Shown piece by piece: positions 18,032-25,637 of a stretch of DNA of 64,000 bases (position 1 is the stretch's first letter; each line of letters begins with the position of its first letter). The stretch lies in the NCBI GenBank assembly GCA_041168645.1, contig JBEEKM010000002.1:4871-68870 (forward strand), in the 5' to 3' direction. Under the pieces are notes generated by a model, which searched no databases, was not told the DNA's origin, and worked only from the letters and a program-made list of their open reading frames with translations. The position numbers and the translations under genes were made by a program. This DNA comes from Bacteroidota bacterium. GTDB taxonomy: Bacteria > Bacteroidota > Bacteroidia > Flavobacteriales_D > Crocinitomicaceae.

Positions 18032-18388
18032 ATGAACGTCATTAAACAAATTGAGCAAGAGCTCATCGCCAAAAATGAACTTCCAGCTTTCGGAGCAGGA
18101 GACACCATTATTGTTTCTTACCGTATTGTTGAGGGTAACAAAGAGCGTATCCAGCAATTCCAAGGTGTAGTTTTACAACGCCGTGGCGCAGGTGCCACTG
18201 AAACTTTTACAATCCGTAAAATGTCAGGTAACGTAGGTGTAGAGCGTATCATTCCTGTAAACTCTCCTTTCATTGATAGCATTACAGTTGTGAAACGTGG
18301 AGCTGTGCGTAGAGCGCGTATTTTCTACTTCCGCGAGCGTACTGGTAAATCTGCTCGTATCCGCGAAAAGAAAAACTTCAGTCACTAA
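18032..18388 (+). CDS. rplS: 50S ribosomal protein L19
   Basis: The sequence FGAGDTIIVSYRIVEGNKERIQQFQGVVLQRRGAGATETFTIRKMSGNVGVERIIPVNSP is a canonical L19. Confidence 0.97.
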   Translation: MNVIKQIEQELIAKNELPAFGAGDTIIVSYRIVEGNKERIQQFQGVVLQRRGAGATETFTIRKMSGNVGVERIIPVNSPFIDSITVVKRGAVRRARIFYFRERTGKSARIREKKNFSH

Positions 18389-18413
18389 GCACTGTAAAAA
18401 TCATATTCAAAAA

Positions 18414-18439
18414 GGAGCTCATTGGGCTCCTTTTTTTTT
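18414..18439. terminator. intrinsic terminator after rplS, potentially bidirectional
   Basis: AAAAAGGAGCTCATTGGGCTCCTTTTTTTTT has a GGAGC/GCTCC stem, a T9 run on the plus strand and an A5 (T5) run on the other side. Confidence 0.8.
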
Positions 18440-18484
18440 GTGTCTTCTATTTTCTATCTCACCTAATTAGAATTTAATTTGCAA

Positions 18485-18538
18485 GAATAGAATAGAATAG
18501 AATAGAATAGAATAGAATAGAATAGAATAGAATAGAAT
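18485..18538. repeat. pentanucleotide microsatellite (GAATA), 10 perfect copies plus a partial one
   Basis: I counted it directly: GAATA occurs 10 times from 18485 to 18534, followed by GAAT. It lies between the convergent rplS and OmpA-family genes. Confidence 0.95.
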
Positions 18539-18553
18539 TCCTAATTAGTAGAA

Positions 18554-20596
18554 TTACAACCCTAGAATTTCAAAATCCGTTCTTCTATTCTTCGCTCTAT
18601 TTTCTAAAGAAGTATTGGCAACTTTGGGTTGCGTTTCTCCAAAACCTTTTGCTTGTAACCTTTCCGGAGCAATACCAAGTTCAATCAAGTAATTGACAAC
18701 TTCCTGTGCTCTGCGTTCAGACAAGAGTAAGTTGTTTTGTTCGGCGCCAAGATCGTCGGTATGGCCATTTATTTGCAGCGAAATATGTTGCTGTTGTTGC
18801 AGGTAGGCCGCAAAACTCTGCAAAAGAATTTTCGCTTCTTTGTCAAGTAAATGACTTTCGGTGGCGTAATAAATAGAGGCGAGGGTATAAGCTTTACCAA
18901 CTTCAAGACTATCTACCACGAGTTCTTTGGCTTCCACTTTATTAGTGGGCGTACGGAGTTCTTCGGCTTTGATGACCTGCGCTTGAAAACTATGGTTTTC
19001 CTTACTGGCTGAAATACTGATATCTTCTCCAACTTGAACGGCAATAGCATAGGTGCCATCCTCATTGGTTTGTCCGGCCTCAATTTGCTGCTCGCGATTG
19101 TGGTAATTGAGTTGTAAATCAGCCCCCGCAACACCTTTTCCTTGTTCATTGACAATTTTCCCTGTCAGGATTCGGACTTCTTTAGGCCTAGCCGCTTCGT
19201 AAAGCTCAAAACTATAGATATCCCAATTTTGCCCCTGATAACTAGAGAAATAAGCTTCTTTGCCATTGGTTGATACAAAAAGCCCAAGTTCATCTGCTTC
19301 TGAGTTAATAGGATATCCGAGGTTTTGAATAGGGCCCCAACCATTTGCGGTTTTTCGCATGTAGAAGATATCTAAGCCGCCCATTCCAGGTCTGTCGCGT
19401 TTGCTTTCTGAAACAAAGTAAAAGGTTTCTCCATCTTGATGGAAAAAGGGGCTTTTGTCTTTGCCTGCTGTATTTACTATCGTGAATGGTTGCGCTGGCC
19501 CCCAAGAACCATCGGCTTGTTTTTCGCTAAAATAAATATCGTTGTCTTGGGATCCTTTACGAAAACTTGTGAAGTAAAGGATTTTCCCATCAGAAGACAA
19601 CGAGGGTTGAGCTTCCCAACCATCTTTGGTATTGATTTGCGGCCCGAGGTTTTTTAGCGGCCCCCATGAAAAGGTATTTTTACCTTTGACTTGCGTCACC
19701 TGATAACGTGTACTGAATAGGTCGCAATTCAGGTATTCCTTTTGGTAAACGATTTCTTTTTTACAGGCGCAAATAATCATCTCTCGGTTGTCGGCTGAAA
19801 GACTTGCTGATCCGTAATTATAGAAATTTCCATCATTAAAAGGGCTGCTCAGTGCAAACCCTTGATTGAATTGAATTTGTTCAGCTTGAGCCATTGTAAA
19901 TTCTTCCTCCACACCCCCAGCAATATCGCCAAGATTAGTCTTGTCTGCTTTTCTAGTAAAGAAGAGTAGTTCGTTATCTGGGCTCAGCATCGGAAAATAT
20001 TCGTCTTGAGTTGTGCTGACCTGCTGAACCTTTTGCACCTCATAAGGAACCGGATTCAGTTTGGCATCACGTAAAAAACTGAGCTCTTTGTAAACTGGCG
20101 CTAATTCGGCCTTGATTTCGTCATAGTTTTGAAGATTTTCATTTCGGCTATCAGGGTACAAAGAATCAAATGCAAATAAAGTTTCAATCTGATTCAAGCA
20201 AGCATCTTTGCGATCAAAATTGTAAAGTAATTTGGCACAATAATAATAAGCATCAGGATTGTAATCTGGGCATTTTTGTAGAGCAGCCTGAAAGAAGGTC
20301 AAAGATTTTTGGAGTTTTTTTTCACCCTCGGCCTGAGTGGCCTTATTTTTATATTCTGCACTTCCTTTTGAATAAAATAAAACACCTAAGTAGTAGTATG
20401 CCTGTACATTTTCAGGATATTTTTGAGCAACGGTTGCTAAAGCCTTGGCTTTTTCTTCAAAACTTGTTGCATTCAATGCTTCTTGGAGTACTTTATTGAT
20501 TTTTTTATCGGTGGTAGTACATGCCGCTTGTTGCGCTTGTGCAAACGTTGCCATTAAAAGGGCAGAACTCAATAAAAGTTGGCGAAACAAGCACAT
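18554..20596 (-). CDS. OmpA-family outer-membrane/peptidoglycan-associated protein with TPR, TolB-like beta-propeller and carboxypeptidase-regulatory-like regions
   Basis: The C-terminal OmpA_C block is INGHTDDLGAEQNNLLLSERRAQEVVNYLIELGI...NRRTDFEI. The middle has WD40-like repeats (SPDNELLFFT, SLSSDGKILYFTS, ETFYFVS, KEAYFSS). I use the ATG at 20596 (MCLFRQLLLSSALLMATFAQAQ), because the track start at 20725 would overlap ltaE. Confidence 0.85.
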   Translation of the reverse strand: MCLFRQLLLSSALLMATFAQAQQAACTTTDKKINKVLQEALNATSFEEKAKALATVAQKYPENVQAYYYLGVLFYSKGSAEYKNKATQAEGEKKLQKSLTFFQAALQKCPDYNPDAYYYCAKLLYNFDRKDACLNQIETLFAFDSLYPDSRNENLQNYDEIKAELAPVYKELSFLRDAKLNPVPYEVQKVQQVSTTQDEYFPMLSPDNELLFFTRKADKTNLGDIAGGVEEEFTMAQAEQIQFNQGFALSSPFNDGNFYNYGSASLSADNREMIICACKKEIVYQKEYLNCDLFSTRYQVTQVKGKNTFSWGPLKNLGPQINTKDGWEAQPSLSSDGKILYFTSFRKGSQDNDIYFSEKQADGSWGPAQPFTIVNTAGKDKSPFFHQDGETFYFVSESKRDRPGMGGLDIFYMRKTANGWGPIQNLGYPINSEADELGLFVSTNGKEAYFSSYQGQNWDIYSFELYEAARPKEVRILTGKIVNEQGKGVAGADLQLNYHNREQQIEAGQTNEDGTYAIAVQVGEDISISASKENHSFQAQVIKAEELRTPTNKVEAKELVVDSLEVGKAYTLASIYYATESHLLDKEAKILLQSFAAYLQQQQHISLQINGHTDDLGAEQNNLLLSERRAQEVVNYLIELGIAPERLQAKGFGETQPKVANTSLENRAKNRRTDFEILGL

Positions 20597-20625
20597 AGTG
20601 CTATCTACGAACTTGTCGCAAAAAG

Positions 20626-21642
20626 TTACATTTTTTCGAGAATATTTACGCAGTAAGCGATGTCTTGTTCGCTCACGTTTAAATGCGTCACCATTCGTAT
20701 CATACCTGGGCCAAAAGCCATGCATCGAATCTTATTTTCAGCAAGTTGAGCTAATAAGTGGTCGCGCGCAGATTCATCTTTGAGAATAGCAACTACAATA
20801 TTGGTCTGTACGGGCACTACTTCTGCAATGTAACTACATTTTTGAAGGGCGAGTTCTAAAGCTTTAGCATGGCGGTGATCATCTGCCAATCTGTTCCTGT
20901 TATTTTGAAGTGCGTAAAGACCCCCGGCCGCAATAATGCCGGCCTGACGCATGCCACCGCCCATTACTTTTCGTACCCGACGTGCTCGCTCAATAAAGGA
21001 TTTTGTTCCGAGTAAGACAGAACCAACAGGAGCTCCGAGTCCTTTAGATAAACAAACAGAAATGCTATCAAAAAATTGACCGTACTGCGCTGCTTCCATG
21101 CCGTTTTCAATTAAGGCATTAAAAACACGAGCACCGTCTAGGTGTAAAGGAAGGCCAAGTTTGGTAGAAAGTTCACGTATGTTTTGAAGTTCATCTAGAT
21201 CGTAAATAGCTCCACCACCTCGGTTAGCTGTATCTTCTAGACTTACTAACTGAGTCAATGGAAAATGAACATCATGTGCTGGATTGATCCATTTTTCAAT
21301 GGAAGCAGCAGTTATCCGACCACGGTCTCCACTTAAAAGGCGAACAGAGGCTCCGGAATTTTTGGCGATTCCACCACCTTCGTACTTATATATATGACTT
21401 TCTTCGTGGCAAATGACTTCGCCTCCTGGTTGTACATGAACATTGATGGCAATCTGATTGGTTTGCGTACCTGAGCTACAAAACAAGGCTGCTTCTTTGC
21501 CAAATAATTGAGCGGCGTAAGCTTCTAACTCCAAAATAGTTGGGTCTTCCATAAAGACATCGTCACCAACTGGCGCTGCTAGCATAAATGCGCGCATTTC
21601 TGACGTAGGTTGTGTAACGGTGTCACTGCGTAAATCAATCAT
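20626..21642 (-). CDS. ltaE: low-specificity L-threonine aldolase
   Basis: The N-terminus MIDLRSDTVTQPT, together with GTQTNQIA and a PLP-enzyme pattern, supports the call. I prefer the ATG at 21642 over the track start at 21765. Confidence 0.85.
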   Translation of the reverse strand: MIDLRSDTVTQPTSEMRAFMLAAPVGDDVFMEDPTILELEAYAAQLFGKEAALFCSSGTQTNQIAINVHVQPGGEVICHEESHIYKYEGGGIAKNSGASVRLLSGDRGRITAASIEKWINPAHDVHFPLTQLVSLEDTANRGGGAIYDLDELQNIRELSTKLGLPLHLDGARVFNALIENGMEAAQYGQFFDSISVCLSKGLGAPVGSVLLGTKSFIERARRVRKVMGGGMRQAGIIAAGGLYALQNNRNRLADDHRHAKALELALQKCSYIAEVVPVQTNIVVAILKDESARDHLLAQLAENKIRCMAFGPGMIRMVTHLNVSEQDIAYCVNILEKM

Positions 21643-21656
21643 ATTTGTACTTTTAG

Positions 21657-21664
21657 CAAAAATA
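21657..21664 (-). promoter_or_regulatory. candidate -7 promoter box for ltaE
   Basis: The minus strand reads TATTTTTG, 14 nt upstream of the ATG at 21642. Confidence 0.4.
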
Positions 21665-21673
21665 CAATTTCGC

Positions 21674-22426
21674 ATGGATGTTTTGCTCTCGATTGTTGTG
21701 TTCATTTTAGTGCCCTTTATGGGTGCTTTGGCAACCTTTTTCACCGGATTCGGCCTCAACACCATTTTAGTTCCTGTTTTTTTACTTTATTGGGATGCAC
21801 CAATAGCGGTCTTAATGGCGGGTCTTGTTCACCTAAGCAATAATATCTTGAAAGTGGCGCTCACGGCGAGGTCGATTAATTGGCACTTGTTTCGGAATTT
21901 CGGTATCCCAGCTATTATTTTTGCTTTTATAGGCGCTTTTCTTTTAAGTAGTTTATCAGCAAGGACCACTATAAATTTAGAGCCCATTTTTGGCGTCATT
22001 CTGATGGGCTTCGCTTGTTTAGAGTTTTTTAATTGGAAACTACCTGTTCACGGGCAATGGGCCATGCGCTTCGGAGGTGTTTTGAGTGGTTTTTTTGGTG
22101 GCTTTTCCGGACATCAAGGTGCACTTCGTGCTATGTTTCTATCCAAACTTAAAATTGAACCCCTTGTTTTTGTTGCGACAACCGCAATTATTTCACTGTT
22201 AGTAGATTTGACTAGAATAAGTGTTTATTTTTCGAATACCGCACTTTTTAGTTATTACCCAACGCTGCTTATCTTTTTCTGTGTTCCGGCCGCATTAGCT
22301 GGCACAGTTGTGGGTAGAAAGTACATTCAAAAGGTCAATCATACTAAGATGTCAATGATTGTCGGAATTGGGTTGTTTGTGATGGGGCTCACTATGTTGT
22401 TGAAGTCACTTATTCCTTTTCATTAG
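21674..22426 (+). CDS. TauE/SafE-family (sulfite exporter-like) membrane protein
   Basis: It is a polytopic membrane protein with a repeated G-rich helix pattern (FTGFGLNTILVP..., GGFSGHQGALR). The ATG at 21674 (MDVLLSIVV) is preferred. Confidence 0.7.
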   Translation: MDVLLSIVVFILVPFMGALATFFTGFGLNTILVPVFLLYWDAPIAVLMAGLVHLSNNILKVALTARSINWHLFRNFGIPAIIFAFIGAFLLSSLSARTTINLEPIFGVILMGFACLEFFNWKLPVHGQWAMRFGGVLSGFFGGFSGHQGALRAMFLSKLKIEPLVFVATTAIISLLVDLTRISVYFSNTALFSYYPTLLIFFCVPAALAGTVVGRKYIQKVNHTKMSMIVGIGLFVMGLTMLLKSLIPFH

Positions 22427-23333
22427 TTTTCGGAAACAACTGTTTTTTCACGCCATATTCATCGATCACAAATTCTTCGATTTTTTCTCCTTTACTACTA
22501 TAGGTACAGCTATAGTTGAGTTTCCCATCGACATAGAATGATTCGTGTTTACCAACTGGGATATCGGCTAAATATTGCTCGGAGTTCAGTACTTGCCCGC
22601 GCTCATCAAAGGTTTTGAAATCGCCATTCTTCTTGCCGTCTTTCCAATTTTCTATGCGAGCCGTTTTACCGCTGTCAAAATAATAGGTCCAGACGCCATT
22701 TTTTTTACCGTTCTTATAATTGAGCAAGCTTTCTTTGGTTCCTTTTTCAGTGAGTGTATACATTTGACCATCTAGAAGCCCATTGTTATAATGACTCACT
22801 TTTCTTAGTTTACCATTGTTGTAATAAGTACGTTGCTGACCATGTAGCTTGCCATTTGCGTAGTTTTTTAAGGTCAGGGTATCTTGTTGCTCATTGCGGA
22901 CAAATTGAATGGAAGGGCCATCTAAAGCACCATTTTTATACCAAATTTCAAATTGCTTCCACTGTGTGGAGTCATAACAAATTATGGTAGAACCATTTTG
23001 TAAGCCTAAATGATATTCTTGAATGGCTTGAATACAGCCCGTTCGGTAGTAAGAAGTATCGCGACCTTCTCTTTTTCCATTTTCAAAATACAATTTTTCT
23101 TCCACTAAGAAATTGGAATAACAACTCGTACAAGTTCCGGAGTAGGGAGTAGCAAAGTCTTTTCTAAGAAGGTAAATATTGCGCTGCTCATCAAAGGCAA
23201 CTTTATCTTGGCAATTATTGACATTCTTTGCAGGGCAAGCAGTACGCGTAGCTTTACAAGGCTCAGGGACTTGTGCATAAAGGCTTGCAAAGGAAAGGAA
23301 GCAAATTAAGAATGGGTTTTTGAACCAAGTCAT
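22410..23333 (-). CDS. MORN-variant repeat (YwqK-like) protein with a signal peptide
   Basis: It contains repeated Y..NGK..G motifs: YFENGKREG, WYKNGALDG, NYANGKLHGQQRTYYNNGKL, HYNNGLLDG, NYKNGKKNGVW and NWKDGKKNG. Confidence 0.75.
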   Translation of the reverse strand: MTWFKNPFLICFLSFASLYAQVPEPCKATRTACPAKNVNNCQDKVAFDEQRNIYLLRKDFATPYSGTCTSCYSNFLVEEKLYFENGKREGRDTSYYRTGCIQAIQEYHLGLQNGSTIICYDSTQWKQFEIWYKNGALDGPSIQFVRNEQQDTLTLKNYANGKLHGQQRTYYNNGKLRKVSHYNNGLLDGQMYTLTEKGTKESLLNYKNGKKNGVWTYYFDSGKTARIENWKDGKKNGDFKTFDERGQVLNSEQYLADIPVGKHESFYVDGKLNYSCTYSSKGEKIEEFVIDEYGVKKQLFPKTNEKE

Positions 23334-23345
23334 GGTCGGGGAGGG

Positions 23346-23744
23346 TTAAATTTGCTCAAGTTGAGAAAGCGCTGCTTTCATGCGCTCCGGAATCTCAATA
23401 GTTTGTTGCGTTTTACTGTTAAAGCCCACCAGCGTGCTGCTCCCGGTGGTACACAGTTTATCTTTCACAAAAAGTTGGTAGGCCAGTGTAAAGCTTTTAT
23501 TTCCTATATGTTTCAGAAAAAGTTTGATTTCAGGCTGATCGTGTAGGTATAAAGGCTGAATGTATTCTACTTCATTTTTAACTAAAACAACTCCTTGCTC
23601 CATCCAATCCCAGTTAGGGCCCACCATGTGATTGAAATAGTGGATGCGCGCCATTTCAAAATACACCAAGTAAATTGAATTATTGACATGACCAAGAATA
23701 TCGATATCTGTTAATCTAATTTGAACTTTTGCTGGAGCGATCAT
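23346..23744 (-). CDS. acyl-CoA thioesterase (4HBT/YbgC-like hotdog fold)
   Basis: It is 132 aa, and RLTDIDILGHVNNSIYLVYFEMAR is the typical 4HBT N-terminal motif. Confidence 0.8.
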   Translation of the reverse strand: MIAPAKVQIRLTDIDILGHVNNSIYLVYFEMARIHYFNHMVGPNWDWMEQGVVLVKNEVEYIQPLYLHDQPEIKLFLKHIGNKSFTLAYQLFVKDKLCTTGSSTLVGFNSKTQQTIEIPERMKAALSQLEQI

Positions 23745-25624
23745 TTGTCTAGTTTCTGGTAAGTTGAGTTGTTAGAAATAAATTCTGGAACTAATTTTTT
23801 CATGAGCGTTACACAAAGCTCATTGTTTTGTTGGTCGGCTTGTTGGAGTAAATCTTGAATACCGGCCTTTTGTTCTTGGGTAGTTTGTCTCGTTTTGGCA
23901 ATCAAAATTTTTGGATGGTGAGTCGTTAAGGTATTTTCACTGGAGGCGAGCACTTCTTCGTAGAGTTTTTCACCAGGACGCAAACCCGTAATTTGAATAT
24001 CGATGTCTTTGTATGGTTGCTTGCCCGAAAGTAAAATCATCTTTTTAGCAAGGTCAATGATTTTAACGGCTTGACCCATTTCAAAAACAAAAATTTCACC
24101 TCCGTTGCCCATTGCCGCTGCTTCTAAAACAAGTTGACACGCTTCTGGTATGGTCATGAAAAAACGCGTGATACGTTCGTCTGTAACCGTAATGGGGCCA
24201 CCTGCTGCAATTTGCTTTTCAAAAGTTGGTATGACGGATCCGTTAGACCCCAAAACATTGCCAAAACGCGTCGTAATGAAAGCAGTTTGCTGACGCTCAT
24301 TGAGCAAATCAACTGCCATTTCTGCAATGCGTTTGGAGGCGCCCATCACGTTGGTTGGGTTAACGGCCTTATCTGTAGAAATCATCACAAATTTCTTGAC
24401 AGCAAATTTGGCTGCTAATTGAGCTAATAAAAGTGTGCCGCCGATATTGTTTCTAATGGCTTCAACAGGGTTGTCTTCCATTAACGGAACATGCTTGTAA
24501 GCTGCAGCGTGAAACACCATTTCTGGATTGAATACCTCAAAGAGTTTTTCCATTCGTTGGGCAGCACAGATATCACCTATGACATATTCAGCGACAAGTT
24601 TAGGGAATTTTGCTTTGAGTTGCTGCTCAAGTTCAAACAGTGGAGTTTCAGCTTGATCTAATAAGATTAATTTTCGTGGGTGCAAAGGAGCAATGCTTTT
24701 GGCAAGTCCGCTACCAATGCTCCCGGCAGCACCGGTAACTAATACAATCCTGTCTGAGATCAGCGCTGCAACTTTCGGATTATTCAATTCGATTGCCTCG
24801 CGCCCTAAAAGATCATTGATATTGATTTTTGTAAACTGCTTTACTTGAAAAGTGCCGTTGGTCCAAGATTTCGCCTCTGGTACACGTTGGATTTGTATGC
24901 CGTGTTCAAAAGCAGATTCAGCGATTTGCTGCAAACGTTCAGAAGGCAGATTTTGAACTGCGATAATGAGTGTGCGTATGTTGAACTTCTGTTTAAGCGC
25001 TTCAAGTTCATGTAGCTGATATACCCTAGAGCCTTCTATTCGCTTACTTTTTAAACTCGGATTATCATCAATGAAGCCAATAACGTTTTGCAACGAAGCC
25101 GTATCTTTTTCAATAATTCTTTTGGTCAATAAGCCAGATACTCCTGCGCCAAAAATCACTAATGGCTCTTCGGTACCTTTTTCTTTGATGTATTCCAAAT
25201 AGAGTAACTTAACAACCAGCCTTGCCGAAATCACAAAAGCAGTACTGAAAATAAACTCCATAATCAGTACGGAATTCGGGAAGAGGTAATAGTGGTCTAG
25301 GAAGTAAAATCGGAAAAGACCACCCATGATAAAGAGGATAGTGCTGATTGCCTCTGCAAATAAGATGCGTTTGAAATCATCTGTAGAGGAATAGCGCACC
25401 AGGCCTTGATGTATCTGGAAAACACCAAAAACCAAGATTTTAACTAAAATAAAAAACCACAGGCTTCTGGATAGAATTTCCCATTCGGTTTGAATCAAAG
25501 AAAAATCCGCCTTGAGGTCAAAGCGGATTAAGTAGGCAAAGAATAAGGCAAATAAATGAATGAGTACATCAAGTAAAATAATGACCCATCTTGGTGTATT
25601 TTTCTTTAGTTGTAGCACGCGCAA
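23741..25624 (-). CDS. polysaccharide biosynthesis protein, CapD/WbpM-like membrane-bound NDP-sugar 4,6-dehydratase/epimerase
   Basis: N-terminal TM helices are followed by Rossmann motifs FGAGVSG and VLVTGAAGSIGSGL, then the ISTDKAVNPTNVMGASKR block. The predicted start is TTG. Confidence 0.88.
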   Translation of the reverse strand: MRVLQLKKNTPRWVIILLDVLIHLFALFFAYLIRFDLKADFSLIQTEWEILSRSLWFFILVKILVFGVFQIHQGLVRYSSTDDFKRILFAEAISTILFIMGGLFRFYFLDHYYLFPNSVLIMEFIFSTAFVISARLVVKLLYLEYIKEKGTEEPLVIFGAGVSGLLTKRIIEKDTASLQNVIGFIDDNPSLKSKRIEGSRVYQLHELEALKQKFNIRTLIIAVQNLPSERLQQIAESAFEHGIQIQRVPEAKSWTNGTFQVKQFTKININDLLGREAIELNNPKVAALISDRIVLVTGAAGSIGSGLAKSIAPLHPRKLILLDQAETPLFELEQQLKAKFPKLVAEYVIGDICAAQRMEKLFEVFNPEMVFHAAAYKHVPLMEDNPVEAIRNNIGGTLLLAQLAAKFAVKKFVMISTDKAVNPTNVMGASKRIAEMAVDLLNERQQTAFITTRFGNVLGSNGSVIPTFEKQIAAGGPITVTDERITRFFMTIPEACQLVLEAAAMGNGGEIFVFEMGQAVKIIDLAKKMILLSGKQPYKDIDIQITGLRPGEKLYEEVLASSENTLTTHHPKILIAKTRQTTQEQKAGIQDLLQQADQQNNELCVTLMKKLVPEFISNNSTYQKLDK

Positions 25625-25637
25625 AGATAGTAATTAA

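Noticed and set aside
18485-18538. A CRISPR array, considered because of the regular repeats
   Set aside because: The unit is only 5 nt, is perfectly tandem and has no spacers, so it is a microsatellite. No cas genes are present anywhere in the window.
20597-20725. N-terminal extension of the OmpA-family ORF (track start 20725)
   Set aside because: The extension overlaps the ltaE 3' end and lacks a signal peptide. The internal ATG at 20596 gives a canonical signal peptide and leaves a clean 29-nt gap.
24508-24516. parS half-site CGTGAAACA inside the capD-like gene
   Set aside because: Only half of the 16-bp palindrome TGTTNCACGTGAAACA is present, and it lies 7 kb from parB. It is most likely a chance match.
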